From assembly GCA_963776345.1 (NCBI GenBank), contig CAVZMH010000018.1, positions 64,001 through 128,000 on the forward strand: 64,000 nt of DNA, given 5' to 3'. The notes under the pieces were generated by a model. It ran no database searches. It was not told the DNA's origin and saw only the letters and a program-made list of their open reading frames with translations. Shown here piece after piece: positions 32,338 through 44,080 of the stretch (position 1 is its first letter; each line of letters begins with the position of its first letter). A program made the translations under genes and the position numbers. This DNA is from an uncultured delta proteobacterium (GTDB taxonomy: Bacteria > Myxococcota > Myxococcia > Myxococcales > Myxococcaceae).

Positions 32338-32624
32338 CACGCAGCCCTCGGCGTGGTCGGGCGCTCATCGAGCCCGAACTCGTGGTCCTTCTTGTTCATC
32401 AGTCGCGCGTACACCGCGATCTCGATGACGAAGATCGCCAGGGAGCCCTGGGCCGCGGTGTAGTAGCCGAGCGGGAATCCGAGGACGGTGATCTTGTTCA
32501 GCTCGCCGGCGAGCAACCCGCCCAGGCCGTAGGTGACGAAGGCCCAGATCACCAGCAGGATCACCGTGAGTTTGATGTTGTATCGCCAGTATTCGTTCTT
32601 CTGTGCTTCGGTGAGCTCGGCCAT
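32337..32624 (-). CDS. DUF4212 small membrane subunit of the symporter
   Basis: YWRYNIKL...GFPLGYYTAAQGS...YARLMN; its stop overlaps the symporter start. Confidence 0.88.
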   Translation of the reverse strand: MAELTEAQKNEYWRYNIKLTVILLVIWAFVTYGLGGLLAGELNKITVLGFPLGYYTAAQGSLAIFVIEIAVYARLMNKKDHEFGLDERPTTPRAA

Positions 32625-32673
32625 GGGTCCGGTCTCCGGGGCAAGCGCGGGTTCGGCGCGAGACACTCACACC

Positions 32674-32782
32674 GCAAGAGACGTACCGATTCTGTTCACC
32701 TTTGAAATGATTGGATGACGCAGCGCGATTGCATCTACACCACCGCTACAAAAGGTAACGCCTCTCGTGGCCCCCGGTAACA
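32674..32782 (-). promoter_or_regulatory. Sigma54 promoter plus two variant GTTAC-N5-GTAAC sites of the DUF4212-symporter operon
   Basis: Minus strand CGGTACGTCTCTTGC (32688-32674); sites CGCTACAAAAGGTAACG (32744-32760) and CGTGGCCCCCGGTAACA (32766-32782). Confidence 0.7.
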
Positions 32783-32812
32783 CCGGAAGCCGGGCCCTCC
32801 CATCAGCAACCC

Positions 32813-34241
32813 TCATGCGCGTCCGACCGGGCGCTCGAGCGGAAAGACGTTCGCCAGGTCGACGCCGGTCATCTCCGCCGGTCCGGTGGGGTGAAGGCTG
32901 CCGTCGTCGAGCTGCCGGCAGTCGCAGGCCGGTGCGGTACAGCCCCGGGAAGCGCTCCAGGCGCTGCGAGACGAAGCCGGCGTGGTCCTGCTCGAGGCTC
33001 CGGGGCTGCGCGGGCCAGGAGCGCTTGACGCAGAGCTCTCCCTCGGCGGCGGCACCGCTCGCGCGCCGGCCGACGGGGTCGACCAGCACCGGGTCCACCC
33101 CGAACAGCGGGGTGCCGCCCAGGTCCCCGAACCGCGCAGCGAGCATCCCCCCGCCCTCGGGGCTCCACACCGGCGCCACCGCCGCGTCCGAGCCGTCGAG
33201 GGACGCCCCGAGCACCCCGGGGCCCGCGGCCGCCAGCGCGGCCCTCGGCCCGAGGAGGTGGGTGACGCCCAGCGCCCGGGGCCGCCGCGCGCCGTCGCCG
33301 CGCTCGTCGAACACCAGCGCCCCGCCGAGCACCCAGGTGCCCCAGAGCACGTCCACCCGGGGGCCGGAGAACCCCTCGGTGCACAGCACCTGCGCGCCGG
33401 GCCCCACGCCCGCGGCCTCGCGCAGGCCGAGCGCCGAGCAGAGGAGGAATCCGGCCAGGGCGTGCACCACCGGGGGCCCGTCCTCGGGCCGCGGCACGAG
33501 CAGGAGCGGGTCCTCGCCGTCGCACGGACGGAGCGAGCAGGTCGGCCGGGCGCGCTGCAGCGCCGTTCCCAGCTCCTGGTCGCGCCCGTACACCAGGCTC
33601 ACCGGCGCCCCGGTGCGGCGCTCGACCAGGACCGACTCCACCCGACCGAGCCCGCCCAGGAGCGCCTCCACCCGCTCCCAGAGCGGGAGCCGTCCCTCGG
33701 GCATGGGAGCCTCGTCGGCCGTCACCAGCACCCGGGCCCGGGTGGCGCGCAGCACCGGCCCGAGCGCCGCGCCGGACCGCGCCGGCACCGTCACCGGCAC
33801 CGCGCCGATGCGGGCGCACCCCAGGTGGAGCATCGCCAGGGTGGGCGCCTCCGGCAGGTGGCCCACCACCCGGTCGCCCCAGCGGACGCCCTGCGAGAGC
33901 AGCACCTGCGCCATCCGCGCCGACGCCTGCCGCAGCTCGCGGAAGCTCCAGGACACCACGTCCCCCTCGGCCCGGGCCCAGACCAGCGCCGTCCGCTCCG
34001 GGGAGGTGACCGCGTGCCGGTCCACCGCGTTCCAGGCGGCGTTGAGGAACCCGCCGGCGAACCAGCTGACGTCCCCGTGCCTCATCTCCCCCACGAAGGC
34101 CTCGTTCGGAGCCCGCACCCAGTCCAGCAGGCCCGCCTCGCGGAGCCAGAACCGACGCGGGCTCTCCAGGCTCTCCACGGCAAGACGCCGGCAAGCGTCG
34201 AGCCGCTCCTCAAGACTGCATTCGACGAGGCTGCTGGACAC
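32813..34241 (-). CDS. Degenerate acetyl-CoA synthetase-like protein (AMP-binding motifs lost, no C-terminal domain); frameshift near 32920
   Basis: Acs-like FWLREAGLLDW...WFAGGFLNAAWNAVDRH, GCARIGAV, EGELCVKRSWP, FPGLYRTG. GTG 34241 follows GGAG. The end DDGSLHPTG...GRA is in the 32813 frame. Confidence 0.75.
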
Positions 34242-34261
34242 GGGGGAAGACTCCGCGGCAG

Positions 34262-34355
34262 GCAAGCCACACGCCAGCCGGCGGGTCACGTTCCCTTGCG
34301 GACTTCGCCCGGGCCCGGCGTGTCGTTCCGGAACAGGGCGTTACCGAACGTAACG
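34262..34355 (-). promoter_or_regulatory. Sigma54 promoter plus CGTTAC-N5-GTAACG site of the Acs-like gene
   Basis: Minus strand TGGCGTGTGGCTTGC (34276-34262); CGTTACCGAACGTAACG (34339-34355), identical to 15455-15471. Confidence 0.82.
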
Positions 34356-34369
34356 GCCGGGGATCAGGC

Positions 34370-35718
<1,349 letters not shown>

Positions 35719-35722
<4 letters not shown>

Positions 35723-38691
35723 GCGCGTGCTCCCCCGAGGGCCTCGGCCACCCTCGTCCCCGGAGCCACCGGGTCCGCTCCCGGCAGCTCCACCTCCACG
35801 GTCGTCCCTGCACCGGGCCTGGTCTCCACCCGGAGCGTGCCCCCGTGCTCGCGGACGATCGCCGCGACCAGCGGAAGCCCAAGCCCGGTACCCTGCCCCG
35901 GCGGCTTCGTCGTGTAAAAGGGTTCGAACATCCGAGCGCGGGTCGCCTCGTCCATTCCAGTGCCACGGTCCTCGACCGCGACCTTGACGCCCTGCGTCGT
36001 GGCCGCCGCCCCGACCGTCACCAGGGCGCCGGGGGGGCTCGCGTCGCAGGCGTTGGAGACCAGGTTGACGAAGACCTGGATCAGCCGCTGGCGGTCCCCG
36101 GAGACGTGGAGGCCCGCCGTCACCCGGTTCTCGCAGGGCACGGCCTTCGCCTGGCGCGACAGGCGGACCAGGGTGATGGCCTCGCCGACGCAGGCATGGA
36201 GGTCCACCGGCGCCCGCTGCATCCCTTCCGGCGCGCCGGCGTGGCTGTAGCCGAGCAGCACCCGCACGATGGCGTCGATGCGCTGCGTCTCCCGGAGGAT
36301 GAGACCCACCCGATCGCGCAGGTCGGGCTCGCCGATCTCGGAGACGAGATTCTGGGCGAGGCAGGCGATGCCGGTGAGCGGGTTGCCGATCTCGTGGGCC
36401 ACTCCCGCCGCGAGCCGCCCCACCGACGCCAGTCGGTCCTGGTGGGCCACCTGCGAGGCGAGGAGCTTGCGCTCGGTGAGGTCCTCCACCAGCACCACCA
36501 GACCGGCGGTCTCCCCGGTCGTGCTGCCGGGCTCGCTCACCTGGCTGCGGGAGAGCGAGAAGGCGCGCTCGCTCCCCCCGAGCTGGACGTGGACCTCCTC
36601 CTGTGTGGCCACGCCCGAGACGAACGAGCGCAGCGAGGCGGGCAGCAGCCCCGGGAGCGCCTCGAGCCGCGTGCCGATGGCGTCGTGGGCGCTGAGTCCG
36701 CTCGACTGCTCGAGCGCGCGGTTCCAGATGACCACGTCGCGGTCCGGCCCCAGCGCGCAGACGCCCAGCGGGAGGTCCTCCAGCAGGCGCCGGAGATAGC
36801 GGCGGTACGCCTCGAGCTCGGCCGGGGCGCCCTGCAGCTGGGCGCGGCTGGCCCGGAGCTGGTCCTCCAGCGCGCGGATCCGGTCGCTCAGCGGGGCCCG
36901 CGCCCCGTGGTTGATGCGGATGCTCCGGTCCACCACCCAGCGGGCCACCAGCGGCCCCATCAGGCCCGAGAGGTTGCGCTGCAGCCGGTCCCGCAGCTGC
37001 CCGAGCTGGGCCGGGCGCCGCTCGCCGGGCACCATGTTGAGGTCGGCCAGCGCCTGGGTCAGCTCGGTGGAGGCGGCGTCCGCGCCGAGCAGCGGGGCCA
37101 GGCGCGCCTGGAACTCCTGGGCAGACGACGGCTCGAGCATCCACGGCCCCGGCGCTGCCCCCCGGGTGCAGGCCACCGCCGCCTCCTCCTCGCGGGCGGT
37201 GGCGCGGGTGACGAGCGACACCCCCCCGAAGAGCAGCGCGTTCAGGAACAGCGACCAGAACGTCGAGGCGCTCCAGGGCTCCACCCCCGGCCGGATGCCG
37301 AAGACCCAGGCCAGGTCGAACGCCGCCGGGAGCAGCCGGCCATGGGCGAGCAGCGGCAGGAAGAGCGTCACTGCCCAGACCCCGACGCCGGCCGACAGTC
37401 CCACCAGGAACCCCGCCCGCGTGGCGCCACGCCAGAAGAGGAGCGCCAGCAGCCCGGGGAGGACCTGGGCCACCGCGACGAAGGAGGTGAGGCCGATCTC
37501 CACCAGCCCCTGCCGCGTGGCGAGCAGCCGGCTGAACGCGTAGCCCAGCGCGAGCACGGTGACGATGAGCGCCCGGCGGGCCCAGAGCAGCCCGGCGTAG
37601 AGGTCTCCCGAGCGGGCCAGGTCGGTGCGGGGGAGCACCAGGTGGTTGAGGCACATCGCGGCCAGCGCCAGCGTGTCGACGATGAGCATGCTGCTCGCCG
37701 CCGAGATCGCGCCGATGAAGGCCAGGGCCACCACCAGCGGGTGGCCGCTGCTGCGCGCCAGGGCGAGCACGTGGTCGTCGGGGTTCCCGTCGGGGAAGCG
37801 CACCATGCCGCTCCAGAGCAGCGGCATCACCGCCACATTGAGGAGCAGCAGGAAGAGCGGGAAGGCCCAGGCCGCCACCCGGAGCGCGCGCCCGTCGAGC
37901 GACTCGGTGAAGGCCATGTGGAACTGCCGGGGCAGGAGGAACCCCGCGGCGAAGGAGAGGAGGAGCAGGGTGAACCAGGGCCCGCTCTGCACCTGGCCGT
38001 ACGCGCTCTGCAGCGCCTGGGGATGCGCGGCGAGCCAGTGCGACAGCCCCGACAGCCCACCGAAGACGCTGGTGACCGCCACCGCGGCCACCGTGAGGAG
38101 CGCCAGGAGCTTCACCAGGGACTCGAAGGCGATCGCCACGCCGAGGCCCGCGTGCCGCTCGCGCGGGGTGACGTGGCGCGCCCCGAACAGCAGGGCGAAC
38201 AGCGTCACCAGGGCGCAGAACATCAGGGCGATCACGCTCGGCGGCGAGGCCTGCGCCAGCACCTTGAACCCGGCGGTCACCGCGTGGATCTGCAGCGCCA
38301 GGTACGGGAGGTTGCCGGCGAGCATGAACACCGTCACCAGCACGCCCGCGCTCTGGCTCTGGAAGCGGAAGGCGAAGAGGTCCGCCAGCGAGGTCAGCTG
38401 GTGCTCGCGGCACAGGCGCAGCACCGGCTCCCAGAGCACCGGCACCAGCAGGCACGCCAGCGTCACCCCCAGGTAGATGGTGAGGAAGGCATAGCCATGG
38501 CTCCGGGCGAACCCCACGCTCCCGGAGTAGGTCCAGGAGGTCGCGTACACCCCCAGCGAGATCGAGTAGGTCAGCGGGTGCCGGACCAGTCGGACCGGCA
38601 CGAGGCCCCGCTCGGTCGCGTATGCCACCCCGAAGAGCAGCAGGAGGTACGCGACGGCCACCCCGAACAGCGCGCCGATGGGAGCGCTCAC
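35719..38691 (-). CDS. cbrA: SLC5-STAC-PAS-histidine kinase, CbrA-like
   Basis: YSISLGVYATSW, LPRQFHMAFTE, NLSGLMGP, PAS (WNRALE), AAGVAHEIGNPL, GTGLGL. Confidence 0.88.
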
Positions 38692-38885
38692 GGAGGCGCG
38701 CTCGCGCGGTGGACGGCCCAGACCCCCAGCCCGATGACCAGCCCCCAGACGACGAAGGGCGCGGCCCAGCCCCGCTCCGGTGCCGCCCAGAGGACGCGGG
38801 CCGGGCCCGCCAGGAGCACCAGCGAGACGGCGAACGCCCAGAGCGCGGGCTCGGCGGCGCGGCTCTTGTCCGGCGGCGGTGCCAT
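38688..38885 (-). CDS. CbrX-like small membrane peptide coupled to cbrA
   Basis: 65 aa, two hydrophobic stretches with W...GWAAPFVVW; GTGA overlap with the kinase start. Confidence 0.7.
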   Translation of the reverse strand: MAPPPDKSRAAEPALWAFAVSLVLLAGPARVLWAAPERGWAAPFVVWGLVIGLGVWAVHRASAPP

Positions 38886-39023
38886 GTCCTCCCCTTCTGC
38901 TCCGGGGAGGGACAGTAGACGCCCCGGGGCTCGATGCGAAGAGGACCGTTCCAGGGGGGCGGGCCCGCGCCGAGTGCGCTATTCAGCGGGCTCGCCGCAG
39001 CCGGCGGAGACGAGGGGCGAGCG

Positions 39024-39818
39024 ATGAGGGCGCTGCTGTCGATCTGGGCCTGGGTGGAGGTCGCCCTCGTGGTCCTCCTGGGATTCTTCGTCCAGGCGGT
39101 GCTCTGGGTGCTGTGCCTGCCCTTCGACCGACGGCGGCTGGTGGCCGGCCGGACCTTCCGGCTGATCGGGGTCACGGCGGCGCGGCTGAATCCGTTCTGG
39201 CGCTTCCACGTGTGGGGGCCGCCGGCGGGCAAGCCGCGGCGGAAGACGGTGGTGGTGAGCAACCACGAGTCGAACGCCGACCCGTTCCTGGTGTCCTTCC
39301 TGCCCTGGGAGATGAAGTGGCTCGGGAAGGCCGTGCTGTTCCGCATCCCGGTGGTGGGCTGGATGATGCGGATGGCGGGGGACATCCCGGTGGAGCGCGG
39401 GGACAGCGACTCGGCCAAGGAAGCGATGGCAACCTGCGCCCGCTGGCTGGAACGCGGGGTGCCGGTGATGCTCTTCCCCGAGGGCACGCGGAGCAAGGAC
39501 GGCCAGCTGCTCCCCTTCAAGGACGGCGCGTTCCGGCTGGCCATCGAGACCGGGGCGGACCTCCTGCCGGTGGCCCTCGCCGGGACGAGGACCGCGCTCC
39601 CCAAGAGCAGCTGGCTGTTCGGCCGGTCCGAGGGGCGGGTCACGGTGGGGACGCCCATCTCCACCGCCGGGATGACCCTCGCGGAGCTAGAGCCGCTGAA
39701 GGCACGGGTCCGTTCGGAGATCGAGTCGCTCCGGGCACGGCTGGCCACGGCCGACGGCCTCACACGGGCAGCGGCGACGGCCGGCGGCGGCAGCTCCGGC
39801 GGAGCTGCGACGGGGTGA
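39024..39818 (+). CDS. 1-acyl-sn-glycerol-3-phosphate acyltransferase (PlsC family)
   Basis: NHESNAD and FPEGTRS motifs. Confidence 0.92.
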   Translation: MRALLSIWAWVEVALVVLLGFFVQAVLWVLCLPFDRRRLVAGRTFRLIGVTAARLNPFWRFHVWGPPAGKPRRKTVVVSNHESNADPFLVSFLPWEMKWLGKAVLFRIPVVGWMMRMAGDIPVERGDSDSAKEAMATCARWLERGVPVMLFPEGTRSKDGQLLPFKDGAFRLAIETGADLLPVALAGTRTALPKSSWLFGRSEGRVTVGTPISTAGMTLAELEPLKARVRSEIESLRARLATADGLTRAAATAGGGSSGGAATG

Positions 39819-39917
39819 AGCCGGCGGGGCGGGCGGTGGCTGGCGGTCGCCGCGCACGTGACGCGCTGCGGAGGCGCTCGATCTGTACAGGTCGGAGCGA
39901 GGCATCATGCTGTCCAC

Positions 39918-40394
39918 GTGCTCTCGCTCCGGCCCGCCACCCGCGCCGACGTGCCGCTCATCCTCTCGCTGATCCGGGAGCTGGCGACGTACGAGCGCGC
40001 GCCCGAGGCGGTGGTGGCGACCGAGGAGGCCCTGGCCCGCGACGGCTTCGGCGAGCGGCCGCTCTTCCAGGTCACCATCGCCGAGTGGAGCGGCGAGCCG
40101 GTCGGCTTCGCCCTCTGGTTCTTCGCCTACTCCACCTGGCGCGGGCAGCCCACGCTCTTCCTCGAGGACCTCTTCGTGCGCCCCGCGGCCCGGGGGCGCG
40201 GCATCGGCAAGGAGATGATGCGCTTCCTGGCCCGGACCGCAGTGGAGAGCAACTGCGGCCGGTTCGTGTGGCAGGTCCTGGACTGGAACACGCCGAGCAT
40301 CGAGTTCTATGAATCGCTCGGCGCCGAGGTGGTGCGCGAGTGGCTGACCTGCCGCCTCGATGGCGAGGCCCTCCGGGCGCTCGCCGGGCGATGA
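39918..40394 (+). CDS. GNAT N-acetyltransferase (SSAT-like)
   Basis: YSTWRG, LEDLFVRPAARGRGIG, VLDWNTPSIEFY. Confidence 0.9.
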   Translation: MLSLRPATRADVPLILSLIRELATYERAPEAVVATEEALARDGFGERPLFQVTIAEWSGEPVGFALWFFAYSTWRGQPTLFLEDLFVRPAARGRGIGKEMMRFLARTAVESNCGRFVWQVLDWNTPSIEFYESLGAEVVREWLTCRLDGEALRALAGR

Positions 40395-40437
40395 GCTGGA
40401 GACTGCAACCGGGGCGTCCCGGGGTGTCCCCCCGGGC

Positions 40438-43400
40438 GTGAGCATCGTGTCGTCGGCATCGAAAGACTGGAATCGCATCGCCGAGCTGGTGGACGAGGGC
40501 CTGGCGCTCGTGCCCGCCGCCCGCGCCGCGTGGCTGGACGCGCTCGCCCGGAGCGAGCCCGCCCTGGCGCCCGCGGTGCGCCGGCTGATCGAGGTCCGGG
40601 CCGCGGAGACCGACACCCTCGCCACCGCGCCTTCGCCCGGCGCCTCCCCCGGGCACCGTCCCGGAGACCGCGTCGGCCCCTACCTCCTGATCGAGCTGCT
40701 GGGCAGCGGCGGGATGGGAGAGGTCTGGCTCGCGCGGAGGGACGACGGAGCGCTCCGTCGCGAGGTGGCGCTGAAGCTCCCGCTGCTCGACCCGCGCCGT
40801 CAGGACGTCGCGATGCGGTTCGCCCGTGAGCGCGACATCCTCGCCCGTCTCGAGCACCCGAACATCGCCCGGCTCTACGACGCTGGCGTCGCCCAGGGCC
40901 AGCCGTTCCTGGCGATGGAGCGGGTGCACGGCCAGAACATCACCGCCTACGCCGACGCGCACCGCCTGGACCTCGAGGGCCGTCTGGAGATCTTCCTCCA
41001 GGTGCTCGCCGCCGTGCAGTACGCGCACGGCAACCTGGTCCTGCACCGCGACCTCAAGCCGTCCAACATCCTGGTCACGGACGGGGGGCAGGTCCGGCTG
41101 CTCGACTTCGGGGTGGCCACCCTGCTCGAGCCGGAGGGTCCGGCGCAGGACACGCCGCTCACCCGGGCCAGTGGCCGCGCGCTCACCCCTGCCTACGCGA
41201 GCCCCGAGCAGATCCTCGGGACGCCGCTCAGCACCGCCAGCGACGTGTACTCGCTGGCCGTGGTGCTGTTCGAGCTGCTCACCGGCGCCCGCCCGTACCG
41301 GCTCGAGGGTGGCTCGCCGGCGGAGCTCGCCTCGGCCATCCTCGCCGCCCAGCCCCGGCGCCCGAGCGAGTCGGTGAGCGAAGCGGCGGCCGAGGCGCGC
41401 GGCACCACCTCGGCGAAGCTCCGGCGGCGGCTGGCCGGGGATCTGGAGACCGTCCTGCTCCGCGGCCTGGCCAAGCAGGCCGCCGCCCGGTACGCGAGCG
41501 CTGGCGCCTTCGCCGAGGACCTCCGGCGCTCGCTCGACCGCGCGCCGCTCCAGGCGCGGTCCGGCTCGCGCCTGTACCGCCTCGAGCGCTTCGTCTCCCG
41601 GCACCTCTGGGGGGTCCTCGGCTCGGTGGCGGTGGCCTGCGCCCTGGTGGCCTCGACCACCTTCGCCGTCGTGCAGGCTCGCCGGGCGGGCGCCGAGAGG
41701 CGGCTGGCGGAGGCGGAGACCCGGAGCGCGCGGGCGGTCCGTGACTTCCTCACCGAGGTGCTCTCCGCCGCGGACCCGGCGAGCCCCCGGAAGAAGCCGC
41801 CCCGGGAGACCACCGTGCAGGAAGCGGTGGACGCCGCGGCGGCGCGGATCGGCTCGGCGCTGGACGACCAGCCCCGGGAGAAGGTCTCGGTCCTGGTGAC
41901 GCTCGCCGGCATCTACTCCTCCCTGGACATGGCCGACCGCAGCATCGCCCTGCTCCAGCAGGCCCTCGCGGTGGCCGAGAAGTCGGAGCCGGTGCCCAAC
42001 CCCGAGCAGGCCGCGGTCCTGGTCCATCTGGCGAACGCGGCGATGTTCGCCGGGAGGTTCGATGAGGCGAAGACGTGGATGGACCGGGTGGATCCGGTCT
42101 TCGCCGCGCTCGAAGACCAGGGCTCGGAGTCCTTCGCCCAGGGGCTGAAGATCCGCGGGAACCTCGTCCGCCGAGGCAACACGCCGGACCTCCGGGCCGG
42201 AGCAGAGCTGCTCGAGCGCTCGACGGCGCTCTTCCGGGAGCGGTACCCGGAGAGCGACGGGCGGCTCGGGGCGCTCTTCTATCTGGCCCAGACGCTCCGG
42301 GCCTCCAACGCGCCGCTCCGGGCGGAGGCGATCGCCGACGAGGCGGTGGCCGTGGCCACCCGGCGCAGCCGGGTGGGGTACGAGCTGCCCAACGCCTACT
42401 CGCTCCGGGCGGTCGTCCGGGACAGCAACGGCAAGCTCGCCGAGGCCGACGCGGACTTCGGCGAGGCCCAGGCGGGCTACCTCCGGACGACCGGGCCCAC
42501 CCACTTCCTCACCTTCCAGAACGAGGGGCTCCGCGGGACGACCCTGCTGGAGATGGGCGGTCGGCGGGAGGAGGCACTGCGGCACCTCGAGGCGTCGGCC
42601 GATGCGCTGAGCCGGGGGCGGCGCGGGAGCAACACCCACGCGCAGGCGGTGGAGCGGCTGGGACTGGCGTACCTTCGCGTGGGCCGCTTCGAGCGCGCCG
42701 TCCCGGTGCTCGAGGAGTCTCGCGTCCTGTGGGCCCAGCGCGGCGAGACCGTGTATCGCGTCGCGCCCACCCTGGCCCTGGCCGAGGCCCGCGCCGCGCT
42801 CGGACAGGACGCCGCCTCCCGCGCGCTGCTCGACGAGGCGCTGACCGTGCTCCAGGGGAGCCCGCGCACCGCGCTCCTCCCGGAGGGCGACGTGCACCTC
42901 GTGCGGGGGCTGATCGCGGTGGACCGCGGCGAGACGGCCGAGGCCCACACCGCGCTCGCCCAGGCGCTGACGGTCTCGGGCTGGGAGACGCGGGGAGACC
43001 TGACCCGGCGCGTGCTGGCGGGCGCCGGGCGGGCGCGGCTGGCCCTCTCGGCGGGGCAGGTGAGCGAGGCCCTCGCCGCGTCCGACCGCCTTCTCGAGCT
43101 CGTCCGGATGCCGCCACTGGTCCAGTCGCCGCGGGTCCGCGCGGCCGCGCTGGAGGCGCGTGGCGCGAGCCTGTGCCGGGCAGGGCGCGCCGCCGAGGGT
43201 GAGCCGATGCTGGCCGAGGCCGTGACCCTCCTCTCGAGCGTCATGGACCCGGACAGTGCGCCGGTGGCCCGGGTGCAGCTCGGACACGCCGCATGCCTGC
43301 ACGACCGGGGCAGGAAGGCCGAGGCGATGGCGCTCCTCGAGGATGCTCGCCGCGCTCTCCAGGCCGCCGGTCCGGCGGGCGCCGCGCTCAGGCCCACGGC

Positions 43401-43443
43401 GAGGGCGATCCAGGAGAGGCTGGGCACGGCCGCGGCTCGCTGA
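40438..43443 (+). CDS. Ser/Thr protein kinase with TM and TPR region
   Basis: LGSGGMGEV, VALK, HRDLKPSN, DFG, YASPEQ; TM helix followed by helical repeats. Start uncertain (40360-40447). Confidence 0.92.
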   Translation: MSIVSSASKDWNRIAELVDEGLALVPAARAAWLDALARSEPALAPAVRRLIEVRAAETDTLATAPSPGASPGHRPGDRVGPYLLIELLGSGGMGEVWLARRDDGALRREVALKLPLLDPRRQDVAMRFARERDILARLEHPNIARLYDAGVAQGQPFLAMERVHGQNITAYADAHRLDLEGRLEIFLQVLAAVQYAHGNLVLHRDLKPSNILVTDGGQVRLLDFGVATLLEPEGPAQDTPLTRASGRALTPAYASPEQILGTPLSTASDVYSLAVVLFELLTGARPYRLEGGSPAELASAILAAQPRRPSESVSEAAAEARGTTSAKLRRRLAGDLETVLLRGLAKQAAARYASAGAFAEDLRRSLDRAPLQARSGSRLYRLERFVSRHLWGVLGSVAVACALVASTTFAVVQARRAGAERRLAEAETRSARAVRDFLTEVLSAADPASPRKKPPRETTVQEAVDAAAARIGSALDDQPREKVSVLVTLAGIYSSLDMADRSIALLQQALAVAEKSEPVPNPEQAAVLVHLANAAMFAGRFDEAKTWMDRVDPVFAALEDQGSESFAQGLKIRGNLVRRGNTPDLRAGAELLERSTALFRERYPESDGRLGALFYLAQTLRASNAPLRAEAIADEAVAVATRRSRVGYELPNAYSLRAVVRDSNGKLAEADADFGEAQAGYLRTTGPTHFLTFQNEGLRGTTLLEMGGRREEALRHLEASADALSRGRRGSNTHAQAVERLGLAYLRVGRFERAVPVLEESRVLWAQRGETVYRVAPTLALAEARAALGQDAASRALLDEALTVLQGSPRTALLPEGDVHLVRGLIAVDRGETAEAHTALAQALTVSGWETRGDLTRRVLAGAGRARLALSAGQVSEALAASDRLLELVRMPPLVQSPRVRAAALEARGASLCRAGRAAEGEPMLAEAVTLLSSVMDPDSAPVARVQLGHAACLHDRGRKAEAMALLEDARRALQAAGPAGAALRPTARAIQERLGTAAAR

Positions 43444-43506
43444 GCGAATCTCCCTGGTGGTCAGGGGCCGCCCGCGGTGTCAGGCTCGTGCCTCACGTCG
43501 TCGTCC

Positions 43507-43588
43507 GGGCAGATGGCGAAACTGGTAGACGCGCTGGACTTAGGATCCAGTCCCGAAAGGGGTCCGAGTTCGACTCTCGGTCTGCCCA
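43507..43588 (+). tRNA. tRNA-Leu(TAG), CCA not encoded
   Basis: Acceptor GGGCAGA/TCTGCCC, anticodon arm CTGGA-CT-TAG-GA-TCCAG, long variable arm, T-arm CCGAG-TTCGACT-CTCGG. Confidence 0.95.
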
Positions 43589-43603
43589 AACCTGGGTGGT
43601 GCC

Positions 43604-43924
43604 TCAGGCGCGCCGCGAGGGACGCCCGTCCGGCGCGAGGTCCGCGCACTCGCTGGGCCAGCGCGGGTCGCGCTGCGCGGCGTGGGCCAGCACCTCCCAG
43701 CGGATCTGCCGGTACGCCGCATCCAGGCTCCTCGTCCTGACGAGGCCCCGCAGCCAGTCCCAGAAATATGTCGCGTAGAACGTCGCGAGCCCCACGCGGC
43801 GGGCCTGCGCGACGTGCTCGGCCTCGTGCCGGCGGGTGAGCGGGTCCACGTCCTTCGCCGCGTCCCGGTACAGGATGAAGAACGGCGCGAGCGTCAGCGC
43901 CGAGAAGCGCCTCAGGAACGGCAA
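43604..43924 (-). CDS. Small HEXXH (zincin-like, DUF4157-like) protein; start uncertain
   Basis: ALTL...RRHEAEHVAQ...FYATY...AYRQIRWEVLA pattern. Confidence 0.6.
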   Translation of the reverse strand: MPFLRRFSALTLAPFFILYRDAAKDVDPLTRRHEAEHVAQARRVGLATFYATYFWDWLRGLVRTRSLDAAYRQIRWEVLAHAAQRDPRWPSECADLAPDGRPSRRA

Positions 43925-44080
43925 CCGGGAAGGCGGGATGGCGGTCGAGCTCGCGCACGGGGATCACCTCTGCCACGGCCCGGCCCGCACGCCTGCCCGC
44001 GCCATCCATGCCCACTCGCCGCGCCACCGAAGTCCGCATTGACACGGGGGGACCGGGGCTCTTAAGGCCCTGTCCTCCCG

